Of a stretch of DNA of 64,000 bases, positions 1-10,370 are shown one piece after another. The DNA comes from Somniosus microcephalus. Lineage: Eukaryota. Below the pieces are notes generated by a model that was not told the origin of the DNA, did no database searches, and saw only the letters and a list, made by a program, of their open reading frames with translations. Both the position numbers and the translations under genes were made by a program. The stretch's first letter is position 1; every line of letters begins with the position of its first letter. The DNA is taken from contig CM126228.1 in the NCBI GenBank assembly GCA_052327205.1, positions 19,158,001-19,222,000 of the forward strand. Direction: 5' to 3'.

Positions 1-1705
1 TATTGGTGAGTAAGTGCCGCTTGATAGCACTGTCGACGACACCTTCCATCACTTTGCTGATGATTGAGAGTAGACTGATGGGGCGGTAACTGGCCGGATT
101 GGATTTGTCCTGCTTTTTGTGGACAGGACATACCTGGGCAGTTTTGCACATTGTCAGATAGATGCCAGTGTTGTAGCTGTACTGGAATAGCTTGGCTAGA
201 GGCTCGGGTAGTTCTGTAGCACAAGTCTTCAGTACAATAGCCAGGATGTTGTCGGGGCCCATGACCTTTGCTGTATCCAGTGCGCTCAGCTGTTTCTTCA
301 TATCACATGGAGTGAATCGAATTGGCTGAAGACTGGCTTCTGTGATGGTGGGGACCTCCCGAGTAGTCTGATATGGATCATCCACTCGGCACTTCTGTCT
401 GAAGATGGTTGCAATCGCTTCAGCCTTGTCTTTTGCACTCACGCTGGGCTCCACCATCATTGAGGATGGGGATATTCATGGAGCCTCCTCCCGTTAGTTG
501 TTTAATGGTCCACCACCATTCACGACTGGATGTGGCAGAACTACAGAGCTTTGATCTGATCCATTGATTGTGGGATCGCTTAGCCCTGTCTATAGCATGC
601 TGCTTCTGCTTTTTAGCATGCATGTAGTCCTGTGTTGCAGCTTCCCCAGATTGGCACCTCATTTTTTGGTACGCCTGGTGCTGATCCTGGCATGCTCTTC
701 TGCACTCCTTACTGAACCAGGGTTAGTCCCCTGGCTTGATGGTAATGATAGAGTGAGGGATATGCCGTGCACTGAGGTTACAGATTGTGGTGGAATACAA
801 TTCTGCTGCTGCTGATGGCCCACAGTGCCTCATGGATGCCCAGTTTTGAGCTGCTGGATCTGTTCTGAATCTGTCCCATTTAGCACGGTGATAGTGCCAC
901 ATAACACAATGGAGGCGGGACTTCGTCTCCACAGTGTCTGTGCGGTGGTCACTGCTACCAATGCTGTCATGGACAGATGCATCTGCGACAAGTTGATTGG
1001 TGAGGACGCGGTCAGAGTTTTTTCCCTCGTGTTGGTTTTCTCACCACCTGTTGCAGTCCCAGACTGGCAGCTATGTCCTTCAGGACTCGCCAGCTCGGTC
1101 AGTAGTGGTGCTACCGAGCCACTGTTGGTGATGGACATTGAAGTCCCCCACTCAGAGTACATTCTGTGCCCTTGCTACTCTTCGTGCTTCTTCCAAGTGG
1201 TGTTCAACATGGAGGAGTATTGATTGATTCAGTAGGTGGTAATCAGCAGGAGGTTTCCTTGCCTATGCTTGACCTGAAGCCACGAGACTTCATGGGGTCC
1301 AGAGTCAATGTTGAGGACACCCAGGACCACTCCTTCCCAACTGTATACCACTGTGCCGCCTCCCCTGGTGGGTCTGTCCTGCCGGTGGGACAGGACCTAC
1401 CCAGGGATGGTGATGGAGGAGTTTGGGACATTGGCTGAAAGGTATGATTCTGTGAGTATGACGATGTCAGGCTGTTGCTTGACTAGTCTGTGGGACAGCT
1501 CTCCCAATTTTGGCACAAGTCCCCAGATGTTGGTGAGGAGGACTTTGCAGGGTCGACTGGGCTGGGTGTGCCGTTGTCGTGTCCGTAGCCGGTGCCAAGG
1601 TCGCTGCCGGGTGGTCCGTCTGGTTTTATTCTTGTTTCTTGTAGCGGTTTGGTGCACCTGAGTGGCTTGCTGGGTCATTTCAGAGGGCAGCGAAGAGTCA
1701 ACCAC
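1..1705 (-). mobile_element. Non-LTR retrotransposon ORF2, decayed (AP endonuclease, linker, start of RT), CR1/L2-group; continues past the left window edge
   Basis: Minus-strand fragments LLTNIWGLVPKLGEL...QPDIVILTESYL (APE motifs), WHYHRAKWDRFR, REWWWTIKQLTGG and, near 1-260, GPDNI...YRPISLLSIISKVMEG (RT domains 0-2). Stops and frameshifts are present. Confidence 0.9.
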
Positions 1706-1972
1706 ATTGCTGTGGGTCTGGAGTCACATTTAGGCCAGACCGGGTAAGGACGGCAAATTTCCTTCCCTCAAGGACGTTCATGAACCAGATGGGTTTTTAC
1801 GACAATCCGATAGTTTCATGGTCACCATTACTGATACTAGCTTTTTATTCCCGATTTTATTTAATTAACTGAATTTAAGTTCCCTAGCTGCCGTGGTGGG
1901 ATTTGAACTCGCGTCTCTGGATCATTAGTCCTGTTACTGGTCCAGTAACATTACCACTATGCTACCGTTCCC
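1706..1972 (-). promoter_or_regulatory. tRNA-derived Pol III (type 2) promoter head plus SINE-like body, contiguous with the LINE ORF
   Basis: Minus strand reads GGGAACGGTAGCATAGTGGTAATG (A box, about 1954-1964) ... GAGTTCAAATCCCACCA (B box, about 1899-1909), then runs without a break into the APE coding region. Confidence 0.8.
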
Positions 1973-2171
1973 GAATATACCCCGATATATTCAGCTGGGT
2001 CAAATATCCAGATGACAGCTGAAACCAGTTTGTTAAAAAGAAAGCAATAGGATTGGTTTGTTGTGTGGAAAACTGCAGCTGCCAGAATGATACTTTTAAG
2101 AGAAAAAATAAGCAATTGAATGGTTTGGTTTCATAATGTTTCTTTCCTGATTGGCAGCTTTCATATATATT

Positions 2172-2937
2172 GGCCCAGAAATTCGGGTCCCAACGCGTGA
2201 GTGCGCACGGGGTACTCACGCGTGGACCCGATGGAAGAGCTGGTTTCTTGCATGCACTGTGCATGCGCGAGGAAACCGGCACTTCCGATCCTCTGAACGA
2301 AAAGGTTCAGAGGTCGAACGCGCGCGCAGGGGAGGCTGCGCGTGCGCTTTGAACTTAGGTTTTTTTTGCAGGTTTTCCCGGGAGGGTAAGCCTGCAGGAT
2401 TTACACATTTAAAAAGCAGGCGTAAGGCCTGCTTTTTACAAGGTAAGTGGTCAATTAATGAAAATTAAAACATATTTTTTCCACAGGTTTATTATTTTTA
2501 AATACTTTAAAGCAAGGTAAGTTTATTTTTAGCCCCGTTTTTTTATAAAATTATTTTTTTCAAAAATTTAAATTATTGTTTAAAATAGTTATTTAATTGT
2601 AATTTATAGTTTATTTAAAGTGTGATTTTTAAAAAATTTATTTGAAGGTTTACTGTTATTTTGAGGCCCGTAGCATTCATAAGTTTTGACAGGTCTTCCT
2701 GTCAATCTTATGAATGGGCTTTTCCCTCCTCCAATTGGCTGCCCATGGCTCACGTGATCCCAGGGGACGCATCGCACTAACTACGCCCCTGGGACACGCA
2801 AGCACAGCGCGCCGGCAGCTGGGCCAGGCCCCGGAGCGGAATTCCACGGGGCCCTACAGCTCAACTGCCGGCGTGCAAGGTAAGTGCGGGTCGGGGGCTT
2901 GCACCCGCGGGAAGCCCCCGACCTGAATTTCTGGGCC
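2172..2937. mobile_element. Non-autonomous DNA transposon (PIF/Harbinger-type MITE, family A)
   Basis: TIRs GGCCCAGAAATTC...GAATTTCTGGGCC; flanks ATT/AAT; close inverted copy at 22827-23586. Confidence 0.85.
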
Positions 2938-2943
2938 AATATA

Positions 2944-3180
2944 AAATAAAAACTGAAAATGCTGGAGAAACTCAGCAGGTCAGGCAGCATCTGTGGAGAG
3001 AGAAACAGAGTTAACATTTCAGGTCGATGACCCTTCGTCAGAACAGTTCTGACGAAAGGTCATTGACCTGAAACGTTAACTCTGTTTCTCTCTCCACAGA
3101 TGTTGCCTGACCTGCTGAGTTTCTCCAGCATTTTCTGTGTTTATTTCAAATTTCCAGCATCTGCAGTATTTTCTTTTTGT
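2944..3180. mobile_element. Penelope-like element terminal-repeat relic forming a palindrome of about 200 bp
   Basis: 2944-3044 is the near-perfect reverse complement of 3046-3146; the same sequence caps the GIY-YIG-bearing relic at 30966-31375. Confidence 0.8.
3045..3081 (+). ncRNA. Minimal type I hammerhead ribozyme motif (mirror copy on the minus strand at about 3009-3044)
   Basis: AGTT-CTGACGA-A-AGGTC(att)GACCT-GAAA-CGTT-AACT: CUGANGA and GAAA cores, stem II AGGTC/GACCT, stem I AGTT/AACT, palindromic ACGT stem III as in Penelope-associated hammerheads. Confidence 0.65.
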
Positions 3181-3753
3181 GTTTGTGGCAGCTTTCATAG
3201 TTGGCTATAGTTGAGTGAATCCGCATAATTCACTTAACAGCAAGATGTTATGAGTCAATCAGAAAAGTGATAGATTATATTTTGTGCTCACAAATTTAAT
3301 GTCTGACACATGCTAGACACAACATTATTAATCCTGTAGATTTCTTAAGTAGTACCATGCATCAGACTAGATATCTGTAAGAGAGGCTGCTGCAATCTAT
3401 AACCTAAGAAGGTTGTGTTTGTATGCATTTCCTGCCAACTTCTCCAATTATAAATTCCTTTGTGCTATAAAGACTTTCTGAAACAAAGCATTGAATAAGA
3501 TTTCATGGTGAAATGGTTACATGTTGTGAGTGGCTCATTTATATTTGATGAGCAAAACCGAGTTTGCCAGCAGTTGTTAAAGAGCAAATCTGCAAAGATA
3601 AAGATTCAATCATCAGTACCTTGAGGAGGACGATGGTAATTATTTTTAAATTGCATTGGTCCCTGCTGGGAGGTTTAAAAATTATTAATACTCTTAATCT
3701 ACCACAAGAATAAATATTAGTGTACTGGTTAATTGGGTTAACGTGTTTTGCAG

Positions 3754-3928
3754 ACAATTCACCATTTGAAACATCTAAGAAATCGTCGTCGCAGATCTTC
3801 AGTTCTGGCTGCCCATATGGAAGTTTTGCCAAGCCAACTTGGATCGCATGAAGTCCACAGACAAATTTCACACTATGCTAATGCACTCTGTCACTTCCAT
3901 ATTGCAGCGAGCATTAATCCGAATACAG
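3754..3928 (+). CDS. DMXL2: DMXL2 internal coding exon (window exon 1)
   Basis: ttttgcag|ACAATT...AATACAG|gttggg; TIHHLKHLR...ALCHFHIAASINPNT; phase 0-1. Confidence 0.93.
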
Positions 3929-4044
3929 GTTGGGATTAGTAAAACTAGAACTGTAATTGCTTTTACCAAACTAAGATAATTTTTAATACAAATTAATTGA
4001 CTGTTGAAAGGTGACAGTAACTTTCTTGAGGCTAGAATTTCATA

Positions 4045-4613
4045 GGGGCCGATTTTTAACTCCCACCTCTGCCAGGTGGGAACTGTGTGTGGAAGAATTT
4101 GAAATCATCGGAGTCAATTTTCCAGCCCAACAGTGTAAAGTTGCCACCTGGCGATATTTTATCTTCACCAACTTTGAAGTCGGCTGAGGCCTCCATTTGT
4201 AGGCAGATGGGGGCCTAATTTAAATCTAAAAGTCGCGAATGTTCCCCCTGACCCCAGAAGGAATCCTTCGCCACCCCTGCCCTGATCCTTCCTCTCCCTT
4301 CTACCATTGGCATCAGTTTGGGATATCGCCCTCCCCGGCCACCCCCCAAGAACTTACTTGTGCTGGGGATTGTTAAATTGGGTTCTTGGCGGTGGCTGGC
4401 TCTCATCTCAGTTCCCACTTCTGCCCCAATTCTTGCTCCCACCTGCCAGCCTTTGCAAGTCCCACCAGCTTTGCACAGAAGAACAATTTCAAATATTAAA
4501 ATAAGGCCTGGCTGCTCAAATCGGCCAGGACTTGCTTCCTTCAGAACCTCCGGTGCGCCACCCGCTTCGGGCTTCCCACGCACCAATCCCATGCTCCCGT
4601 TAAAATCTCTCCC
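4045..4613. mobile_element. Degenerate Harbinger-type MITE
   Basis: Imperfect TIRs GGGGCCGATTTTTAAC / GTTAAAATCTCTCCC; ATA on both flanks. Confidence 0.55.
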
Positions 4614-5376
4614 ATATTATTTTGCCACATGCGTCCACAATAATGTGATATTCTAACAAGGCCTTATTTTGATATTTCAAGAAATAGATTAAACCTTTTG
4701 CTATTTTTGATAGTCATATTAAAGTGATAATTTAAGAAGAATTTCCACTGAATACCATTCAGCCCTAAAAACTGGTGGCTGTTTCAGTGAATTCCCTCTG
4801 TTTGATGAAAATCTGCTAGAAACTTCTGGTTTCACCAGGCATACCTGGTTGAAAGGGGTCAGAGTTGAACTCACCTAGGAGTCGAGGTTGGGGTTCAAGC
4901 CTGGGCCTGCGAAATGATGGAGCCAGAACTTTCCTGTGGCTTTGGTGAGGATGAGGTGTCACACATCTGCCACCAGACAGCCAAAGCCCTGGGTCTTGTA
5001 GGCTGCTGCCTGACCCCGCCAACTCCGATGTGGTCAGTGGAGGGCATCATCCTGATGTAGCCACTGCGGATTTTCTAGGCTCTAGTTTCTACCAGAATAT
5101 TGCCAAGGGACTCGTGCAGTGTACTGTGCATACCCCACTTAGCTGTGAGAAATCAGGAAGTGTTCAAGGGCCGAGCCTTAAGGTTAATCTAGAGACACTT
5201 TATAAAGGTGCCATTTAATCAGTTCTCCTACGTTTGCTAAGCGGTTTTGGTTGGAAATGTTATGAATGCAGGTGTGTTGGACTCTAGGCATGGATGGGAG
5301 GTTTAAATAGAAAAGCTGGTTATACACCAATGAGTTTTATTAAAGTTGCCTTGAGTTTTCTGACATAGTAACTCTT

Positions 5377-5465
5377 TTTGAACATGATCATTGGGAAAGT
5401 CTGAAAAAGAGAACTGTGTCTTTGAACATGATCATTGGGGAAAGTCTGAAAAAGAGAACTGTGTC
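5377..5465. repeat. Tandem duplication of a 44-45 bp unit
   Basis: TTTGAACATGATCATTGGG(G)AAAGTCTGAAAAAGAGAACTGTGTC twice, differing by one G. Confidence 0.95.
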
Positions 5466-5559
5466 TTTGGTTTGATTTGATGCATAATACTGTTCCGTTG
5501 GAGATGAATATATTTCTCAGTTTAATATGTTATGAAAATTTTTCAATTGTTATGCACAG

Positions 5560-5766
5560 ATATTCCACCAGCACTAGCTGGCACAGCTTTTAACATAGAA
5601 GAAGGAGGTGGAAATTTTGTGGTTCACTGGCTGAACAATAAAGAGCTGCATTTTACATCGTCTATGGAATTATTCATGGAGCAATTGAAAAAGCTCACAG
5701 ATCAGCAGATAGAGGATGAAGTTGACAATGCCAGTCAGAATGGATTGAAAATGAAACTAGACACTG
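5560..5766 (+). CDS. DMXL2: DMXL2 exon (window exon 2)
   Basis: gcacag|ATATT...ACTG|gtgagc; DIPPALAGTAFN...VVHWLNNKELHFTSS; phase 1-1. Confidence 0.92.
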
Positions 5767-6689
5767 GTGAGCATGGCAAGTAAAAAGTTTGTGTTCTATG
5801 ATGTAGGTGAGCACAATTTAATCTACTGCAGGATTTGATTTTTAACTACTGTAATTGATGCATTCTGTTCAGGTTATCTGCCCATCCACTTACCTAGGGG
5901 GATTAAAGAGGGAACAAACACTAGGCAGTCAGTTTTATTTAACGAGGTGAACAACTATTTCAAAGCAATTGATGCAATTTGATATTAAAAACCCAAACTA
6001 TAAGTTGTTATGCTGCTTGCTTTAGAATGGTTAAAGTTATTTTTATCCGTCACAATTGTAAAAGTTGTTGTCCTAGCTTCAAATGCTGTTTAGTCAAAAA
6101 TCATCTTCAGTAAAGTCCGCTCCGCTCTGCACTGCCACAGAATATGTTATTTAAATCTCAGAAGGGCATCCCCTGCTGCATCAGTGTATTCTTTCCATTT
6201 TCTGGACCACCTATTGTTAAACTCTTTGTGAGTGAGGCTAAGAGTTCTGAATAATGGGCAGTTTTATGCTTTCAGTTCATGTTTGCTTGGCAGTGGGTTG
6301 AGATTGGTCAAGCTTGTGTCATATGGGATCCCTTACAGCTATCATTAGAGTCTTTCATCATGTCAATCTCATCTGTCTCAAGCCCAAGGCCTGGAGCTGC
6401 AAGCCCAGTGTTCTTATCCTGCATTATTCAGTCCTTTGTGGTCACTGTATGAGAACCAGTCATGTGTTCATTCTCCTGGTTGGGTAATGGTATGTGGAAA
6501 TGGAAGGGACAACTAAAATGTGAGTGTTGGTGGAAGAGGGAATATAATAGACGACAATGTAGGAAAACACTTTCTGAGCCTCTCACTTTAAACCTATACA
6601 TAATACTGTACTGCATTTTAAATAAAATTTTTCCCCCTCCTAAACCATCACTGAAATTATTGTCTCCTTACTGAAGCACAGTTCTATAG

Positions 6690-6960
6690 GCACTGGTGGG
6701 ACATTGGTTAAATGGCAGCCAATTATGTGTGGGCCTTGATTGTGCGTGCTGGCAAGCTACTCGACTGAGAGGGGCATTACAACCAATTCCAATCCTGTCT
6801 TCACCTAATGTCTGTACATTTGTACTAACAGCAGATGTGACTGGATAGCAATCTGGACAACAACCCTAGACATTTCACTTCCCCTGCCTTACTCTTGGCA
6901 CTGAGGTTCTCTATCACTGCCTCAGTAAACTCAGTGGAGACTGGACCATCCTGCTGGATG
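6690..6960 (-). mobile_element. Old tRNA-derived SINE fragment (family also at 28870, 31520, 36640/37964-38250 and 62647)
   Basis: Shared blocks AATCCTGTCYTCRCCTRATGTC, ATAGCAATC and CTGAGG with the other copies. Confidence 0.55.
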
Positions 6961-7724
6961 GCATTTGTTTTTCAAAATAAAATTGCTTCATCTTAGTGAT
7001 CAGAAGATTTAAAATGAGTTGAGATACTATATTGTTTTACAACATTTATAGATTGGAAAGGTAGATATGAAGTTCAAAAAACTACTGAGGCTTTGCCTTT
7101 TTTTAAAAAGACATGCAAGAAGCTTAACAATAGAATAGAGTATTATGTTCTGAAATAATGAATTTATTTCAGATTTCCTACCTCTGCAATATTTTGCTTT
7201 TGTATTGGAGTATTATGTTCAATGCCTGCGAAGAACTAGGCTTGAAATACCTATTTGAATGTAAAAATAAGAGTACCTGTTTTTTCCTGTAATTAATGAC
7301 CTGCGAATGAAATTTTTGAAAAGTGCAATTTCTCTTTGTTAATGGATTGTTAGTTACAAAGAAAACCAGCTTTCTCCTATTTTAGATAAGAGGAATTTCA
7401 CCCCCTGCAGTCTGTTCTCGGTGACTTGGGTGCAAGATCAAATGCTAACTGAATCATATTGGATGAGATTAAAAAGAAATGTAATGAATGAAAATATTTT
7501 TGACTGAATTGTGAGATTCTCTTGGTTAAAACAGAAAAATTCTATATTTCTATAACTTCACACTTGAGTTCCTCTGATCTGTGTTGCAGATTGTGGAATG
7601 TACTGAAGATCAAAATAACATACAAGAGATGTATGCTTATTAAAGAATGCACTGGGTACTTTTGAAGTCGCGCTAAGTTTTCTGTGTTGTATTATATGGC
7701 TGATTTATTTCAACTTTGTCACAG

Positions 7725-7987
7725 AACAAGATGAAACTTCAGAGAAAGGATCAGAGTATGAGAATGAAGAGGCTGAACAAGATGGGAGCACCAAAGTATC
7801 TACACCGTCTTCTGCGGGGGTGCCACTGCCCACCATGTTGTTGGATCGAAAAATTGAGACACTGCAAACTGAGTGGAACAGAAATGCCGATATGCTGTTT
7901 ACAATCCATCCTGTAGATGGTTCATTTTTAGTGTGGCATGTGAAGTATTTAGATGAGTATCACCCAGGAATATTCCGACAAGTCCAG
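7725..7987 (+). CDS. DMXL2: DMXL2 exon (window exon 3)
   Basis: tcacag|AACAA...GTCCAG|gtacag; PLPTMLLDRKIETL...WHVKYLDEYHPGIFRQVQ; phase 1-0. Confidence 0.93.
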
Positions 7988-8850
7988 GTACAGATAAAAG
8001 ACTTTTAAAATATTTGTTTTAAACTGGGAAAAAAAATCTATATTTCAAAAATCAAACTTGTTCATTTGAAATTGTAATAAAAGTTCAGTAGGGAGTTGAG
8101 CAGCTGGGTGCATTAAAACATGTATTGGGTTTATCATGATTAATCAACTACTGTGCTATTTAGCATAGTTAAAATACTCATTACTTGCTTTTGTTTTCTT
8201 TGAAACTCTTGGAATAGTTTTCACTTGAGGCTAATCAGTATCTTGCACTTAAGAAATTACAAATCAATTTGAGGTTAGATTCAAAGCAGGATTCTAATGT
8301 AATTCACAACATTACATGAAGTTTTGACTAATAACGTCTTCCTTAGGTCTGGTCTTCCATTCTTAGACACTTGAATATCACTAGATTTTTTTTTCTTTTA
8401 AATTGCCACTTCTCTTTCCAAGAGATTTTTATACAGACATTTTCGGCCTACTACAAATCCCAGGGCTAACAATAAACCAGCAGTTCCTCTTTTTGCCTTG
8501 TACTTATTAGTCATCACGTGTCTTTTTCAATTGGTTGTCAAACTGAGATTGGAAATTTTGGGTTAATGTTTACTGTAAGCTCTTTCCTTTTTCCCTGGTC
8601 TAAAATGAAGGCGAGTATTGCTTTAGCTGTCATTCTGCTCCTCGAGTTTAATTTCAGCAGTGTATGTCCTCATTGGACTGAAACATCCTCCAGCTTTTAC
8701 TAGAGCCTGAAGTATAGGAACAGAGCTTTTGTCAGCTGTCTGGTATATTGAGAGCTAGATGCCAGCAAAGACTCCAATTTTGAGATCTGGAATTGCTCAG
8801 TCAGTGCTTTTGAAAAAGACAATTTCCAGATGACTTTGAAATCATGCATT

Positions 8851-9582
8851 GGCCCAGAATTAGTTGGGAAAGTAACGGCGAGTTTAATGTGCACATCGTT
8901 ATTAGTGTGTAAATAACCCAGCAATTTGTGACGAGGAAGCGATATGTCGGGAGTTGCAAATCGCCACACGTTGCTGGATGATTTATGCTGCACTGCCGTT
9001 AGCCTCGTAAAAATGGGAGCACGCCATCAAAATCCCCATGAGTTTCAAGAAATTGCTGCATTTGCACTGTTAAAACTTAATTACTCTCTCCGCAGAAAGT
9101 TAAGGCTGGTATTTAATGACATAAGGACCCTTTTAATGACGAGGTTTATGTTTCTGCAATGCCACTTAAACTCTCTGGCCCAAAAAGGGAACAACTGAAA
9201 CTGTGGAATCTCATCCCTGCAGTTAGTAAATTGTTGCTAGAGATTTTAAAAATTAAACTTTAAAAAAAAAAATTTCTTCTTACTTTTCCTTTCTGTCTCT
9301 TGTTCCTCTCTCTCAATCCAAAATGTATTTCTCTCTATTTCTTTCTGTATCTAATTTGACTGTTATTTCCTTCTCCAGCTGCTTCCTCTGCTTCTTTCTC
9401 TATCCTTAAATTTATTTGGTTAAGGAGATAGTCTGTTGGTCCCGTTGTTCACCAAGGTCCCAGTTGCCCTTGCCGCGCTATTATCAGCTCACCCTTCCAG
9501 CAATTTGCGCACACAAATTTTTTGAGCTGAGAAGTGAGGAAAAATATTAAACAAGATGTCCTGCTCCAGCAAATTCTGGACC
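8851..9582. mobile_element. Harbinger-type MITE
   Basis: TIRs GGCCCAGAATT / AATTCTGGACC. Confidence 0.65.
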
Positions 9583-9586
9583 TATA

Positions 9587-10370
9587 GGGCAGGATTTTCA
9601 TTGGGCCGTGGAGGCGGGATTGAAGGCATGTGGGGGGGTTAAAATCCCGAAATCGGGGGGCATGAATCCATCCCGCCCCCAACCCGCCTCCATGCCAGTT
9701 TCAAAGGAGGCAGGTACCTGACCCGCCTCCCCAAGGTGGGAAGGGGATTAGTGCCAATTAACTGCCTGTTAACAGGTAGTTAACAGGCAGTTTTTAGCCT
9801 AATCCCTATTTTCATTCTTGAAGTGTGGGATTCCCGACCGCTCCAAACCACGCCAAGTTAGCGAGGTGGGCTGAAGGGCTTGGAGGGGTCGAGATGTCCG
9901 GTGTTCAGGTGAGTGATGGGTGCATGAGTGCAGAGGTAAGTGTGTTTAAAGTGTTTAATGAAGTTTTACTTACCTTTACAGCCTTCCTTCAGGTCTCGGG
10001 AGTCCCTCATCTCACCGGCACAGAAAGCAGAATGGCCGTGATCTGTCAAAAATTGTAGCTTTCTGTTCCAGAGAGATCTCTAAATCATCCTGAGAGGAAG
10101 GAATTAACCTGGAGTACAGATTGTCAGTGTTTGACAGCTTCAAACAGCTGTGAAACGCTGATATTTCATCTGTCAAAAGGTCTTGACAGATGAAATATCA
10201 ATCTGTGACGTCACCTGTTGCCGGGTGGCCCTTAATTGGCCTGCTGAGCCCGCTGGGCGGGCTCAACAAGGTCAATCAAGTCAAAATCGCGTGGGTTGGC
10301 TACAACTCAATGGAGGCAGGACTACAACCACGAAAGTTGTAGTCCCGCCTCCTCAATGAAAATCCAGCCC
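9587..10370. mobile_element. Harbinger-type MITE (family B)
   Basis: TIRs GGGCAGGATTTTCATTG / CAATGAAAATCCAGCCC; ATA on both flanks; inverted relative at about 24147-24909. Confidence 0.8.

Noticed and set aside
1890-1972. Genuine tRNA genes here and at 26803 and 62647
   Set aside because: A and B boxes are present but there is no complete cloverleaf, and each continues into a retroelement body.
5377-5465. CRISPR-like repeat
   Set aside because: Two adjacent units with no spacer, in a eukaryotic intron.
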